NCBI GenBank assembly: GCA_043228905.1
Contig: JBHGNT010000003.1
Coordinates: forward strand, 17,236,001 to 17,300,000
Direction: 5' to 3'
DNA: 64,000 bases
Source of the DNA: Azolla caroliniana
Taxonomy: Eukaryota > Plantae > Polypodiophyta
The position numbers and the translations under genes were made by a program. The notes under the pieces were generated by a model. That model saw only the letters and a list, made by a program, of their open reading frames with translations. It ran no database searches and was not told where the DNA came from. Position 1 is the stretch's first letter. The number at the start of each line of letters is the position of its first letter. Positions 60,600 through 64,000 of the stretch are shown here, piece by piece.

Positions 60600-62098
60600 T
60601 TCCTCGTGCAAGGAACCAAGGAGACGGTTCACACGCAAAGAAAAGGGGAAGAAGAAGATGTCAGAGTACGACACCGAAACTGAAGAGTCGGATCGGAGCG
60701 AATCCGACTCCGGAGATGGACCTTCGGGAACGAAGTCCGAGTCAGCCAAGAGGGCCTTGAAATCGGCTAACGAGAAGTTACGCCAATCTACCCGCCAGAA
60801 GAACCCCGTAAAAAGGTATGGATATAATGAGTACATGGCACATCCCTATGAGTACATGACGAAAGTGGCAGAAGTGCGTGAGCCCGATAGCTACACAGAA
60901 GCAGCAAGGGACACACATTGGTGTGCTGCGATGGAGGAAGAGTTGCAGGCACTTGATTCTAATGACACATGGGACCTCTTTGACCCTCCCCGACATTGCA
61001 AACCAATCGGTTGCAAGTGGGTGTACAAGGTAAAATATAACGATGATAGTTCGGTCAACCAGTACAAGGCCCAGTTAGTGGCCAAACGATATGTGCAAAC
61101 CCACGGAATCAACTACGACGAGACCTTCGCTCCGGTAACGAAGATGACGACGGTTCGTGTGGTGCTAATGGTTGCTACAACAAGGGGGGGTCATCTTCAC
61201 CAAATGAATGTGAAGAATGCATTTCTTCAAGGTGACCTTGAAGAACAAGTCTACATGATCCAACCCCCCGGTTTTCAGTCGAAGATGAACAAGTTGGCAG
61301 TGTACTGACTCAAAAAGTTCCTTTACGGCTTGAAGCAAGCCCCCCGTGCTTGGAATTCGAAGGTCACACATAGGTTGTGTAAGATGGGGTTTGCGGCCTC
61401 GAAGTCAGACTAGTTGTTGTTCATCCGGAACGGTCCAGAAGGTTCGGTATGTATTCTTCTATATGTGGACGATCTTGTCATCACCAGACTCGGACTTGCT
61501 GAAATCAGCCGAGTGAAATCCCAATTGTCGGATGCATTCGAAATGAAGGACCTGGGATACCTTCATTATTTCCTCAGGATCGAAGTGTTCCATACCCTAG
61601 ACAGCATATTGCTCTCACAATGACATTATGTACTTAATATGTTGTACAAGTTCGGCATGAGGGATTGTCCACCAATCTCCACACCCCTGGACCGGAACTT
61701 GAAGCTTCGTCCCAACTCCGGACCGGCCTACGATGAGAAACGGTTTCGACAAATTGTCGCAAGCCTTCTTTATTTGACGATCACCCAACCCGACATTAGC
61801 TATCCGGTCGGAGCGATAATGCTACAAGGCCTCCGGATCGAAGTACCAACTCTGATCCCGATCTACTATGACAACATGAGCAACATGCTGCTAGCCAAGA
61901 ACCCTGTGTTCCATTCTCAGATGAAGCACATAGAAGTCCATTATCACTTTGTGAGTGAGCCGGACCTCAACAGTGAAGTAGAACTCTGGTAAGTCATGAC
62001 GAATCAACAAGTTGCTGACATCTTCACGAAGGCCCTTGGAACCGATAAGTTGCATCATTTTTCGGAGATGCTTGGTCTTCAACATCTCGACATGCCGT
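60600..62098 (+). pseudogene. pol: Decayed copia C6, 3' half (RT, partly deleted RNase H); original host of the chromovirus
   Basis: PIGCKWVYKVK, YDETFAPV, HQMNVKNAFLQGDLEE, LLYVDDL, KHIEVHYHFV, ADIFTKAL. Confidence 0.85.
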
Positions 62099-62607
62099 TG
62101 TCGTGAAGATTTTCGGCAACTGTGTGAAAATCACGTGGAAAGGAGAAAACCGAGAAGGTACAATGTGCACATGCATGAACGGGGTGATGGTTACACTCGT
62201 ATATTAGCACATTATTGTGTACGTGGGTTTTGAACCTTACACCCCCAATATAGGAAACAATTAATATACCATTAGGCTAAGATGTTTCTTTAAAGTTTAT
62301 TTTCATCATTCTACTTTTCACATGTAAATTCTCATACATGAGTGACATGGTCATCATGCATCACATCTTATGTATGAACACCAAATGGCAAATATGCATC
62401 GCATGCATTCCATGCATTGTATGGATGTCTTGTACCCTCACATGCATCATATGCATGGGGGGAAGCTATAAAGAAAGAAAAAGAAAAAGGATGAGGGCAA
62501 GCTATGTATTGAATGAAGAAACTGATAATTATAAAACTAGTTATTCTCATGGTGATGTATCTTGTCTCTCAAAACTAAAGGCAAGGGTTCAATATCTATC
62601 TCAATCT

Positions 62608-62652
<45 letters not shown>

Positions 62653-63800
62653 AATTGGAATCTTCGTCTCTCAATCTATCTTAAATACTTTCTCGCTAAA
62701 GCTAATACAAACTTTGAATCCTTCCGGTCCAGGACCCCGGTGGTTCCGCTTCATTTCGCCAACACGTGAGGATTTCCTCGACATCTCATTGGTGAACCCG
62801 ACATGAAGAATTGGTAGGAAGGATCAAGACGAGGATTGATCGATACTTGGAGATGGCATTATCAAGTGGGAGGTTCGAAAGGATGATGGTAATCATCAAA
62901 CAAATGATGAGATCTCTACACAACGATGCGAGCGTGGAGAAGGTTGTCAACTGTGTCGTGGAGATCGAGGGTCAATTTTATGGAAGGAACATTAGGAGGT
63001 TCCTTGATGCATACAAAAGGGAGATGAATCAGAGGAACGTTGTGAAGCACGTCAAATCTCAAGTTTCAAGAGAGTTGTCGCCAACAACATCCAAAGGCGG
63101 GTCATCGAGCGTCAAAAAAGGAGGACAACATGGTTCGAGTTCGAGAAAGCAATATTAGTGGATTTTGCGATGGAAGATTTGTCAAGGATGACTTGACGTG
63201 TCTTGATGAAGTGGATAGAGAAGAAAAATAAGAAGATGAGTGCCTCGAGGTGATCTCTGACAACCACAAGGTGTTCGTGGATAAAAAGAGAAAAAGAATA
63301 GAAGGGCAAGATACCCCATCAAAAAAACATGAAACAAGGAGTGCAAAAAAGAAAGAAGATGCAAAAGCAAGTCGAGCTTTACGAACGGAGGATGGAGACT
63401 CAAGCCGGAAAGGGGAGTCGAGCAAACAAGTCAAAGAAACGGTGCCCATGAGGGTTGATGTCGAAGACCCCTCTCAGAAGAGAAGAACTATGCCTACCTA
63501 TAAGCTAAGGTCAGATCTAAAGAAGATTCTCAAGGAACATGTTCTTGATAGCTACGTGACCTTGTCCTTGAGGGAATTGCTCGGCATTACGAAGAAGGAG
63601 TTCCATGATACGATCGTGAACCTCGTAAAGAGAAAAAGGAAACAATCGGACGAGGAAGAAGAGAAGCCACTAAAAGCAAAAGAAAATGTCATAACGATGT
63701 CAAGGGAAGAAGTCGATAAAGATATGGTGGACAGCCACTATACTCGGCCTCATTGGGCCCAAGCGACGACGGAGACGCCAGTAAAGTTGGGAGCATAGAT
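62099..63800 (+). mobile_element. tRNA-Trp-primed Ty3/gypsy element (Phygy-like): 5' LTR 62099-62783, PBS 62790-62807, decayed gag
   Basis: TGTCG...CGACA termini; TGGTGAACCCGACATGAA; gag similar to ORF 8400-9815; YKLRSDLKKILKEHVLDSYVTLSLRELLGI. Confidence 0.8.
62611..62650 (+). repeat. (TC)n microsatellite within the LTR
   Basis: About 20 TC units; shorter (CT)/(GA) runs occur in the C1, C2, C3 and C7 LTRs. Confidence 0.9.
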
Positions 63801-64000
63801 TGACATATTCGCATTCGTCTGGTTTCCCATTCGAATGCAAACGAATACGAATACGAATGGACAGTCAAGTATTCGTTAAAACCCCCCTCCCCCAAAAAAA
63901 AAAAATTAAAAATTCCTAGGATAAAAAGAAAGGAACTTAACAATAAATAGGGATAATAAAAGAGGGACTTTGGGGACTTGACAATTCTAAAATTTTATAA

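Overview
This 64-kb window is almost entirely a deeply nested pile of plant LTR retrotransposons. I found no host gene, RNA gene or CRISPR array. The lineage mix (Tcn1-like chromovirus, tRNA-Trp-primed and Athila/Tat-like non-chromovirus Ty3/gypsy, Tork-like Ty1/copia) suggests a seed-free land plant such as a fern or lycophyte; this is inference. Left half (1-36 kb): a six-level nest, copia Ca > gypsy G3 > gypsy G1 > gypsy G2 > copia C1 > copia C2, plus gypsy G0, solo LTRs and a tRNA-Trp-primed fragment. Right half: old decayed remnants, an intact young copia (C3, 1338-aa ORF, near-identical LTRs), further decayed copia copies, a chromovirus interrupted by a full-length copia (C7), and a tRNA-Trp-primed gypsy at the right end. 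Two observations stand out. (1) G2, the only non-chromovirus gypsy with both LTRs in view, has no polypurine tract before its 3' LTR. In its place is a sense copy of the tRNA-Arg 3' end (TCCCAC-AGGCGTGCCA, ending 2 nt before the LTR), an inverted mirror of its own PBS, which hints at non-canonical plus-strand priming. (2) Three divergent gypsy families (G1, G2, G3) carry a homologous, uncharacterised extra ORF after integrase (about 820 codons in G2). Coordinates were read by eye and may be off by a few bases; lineage names and tRNA matches rest on recalled motifs, not database searches.
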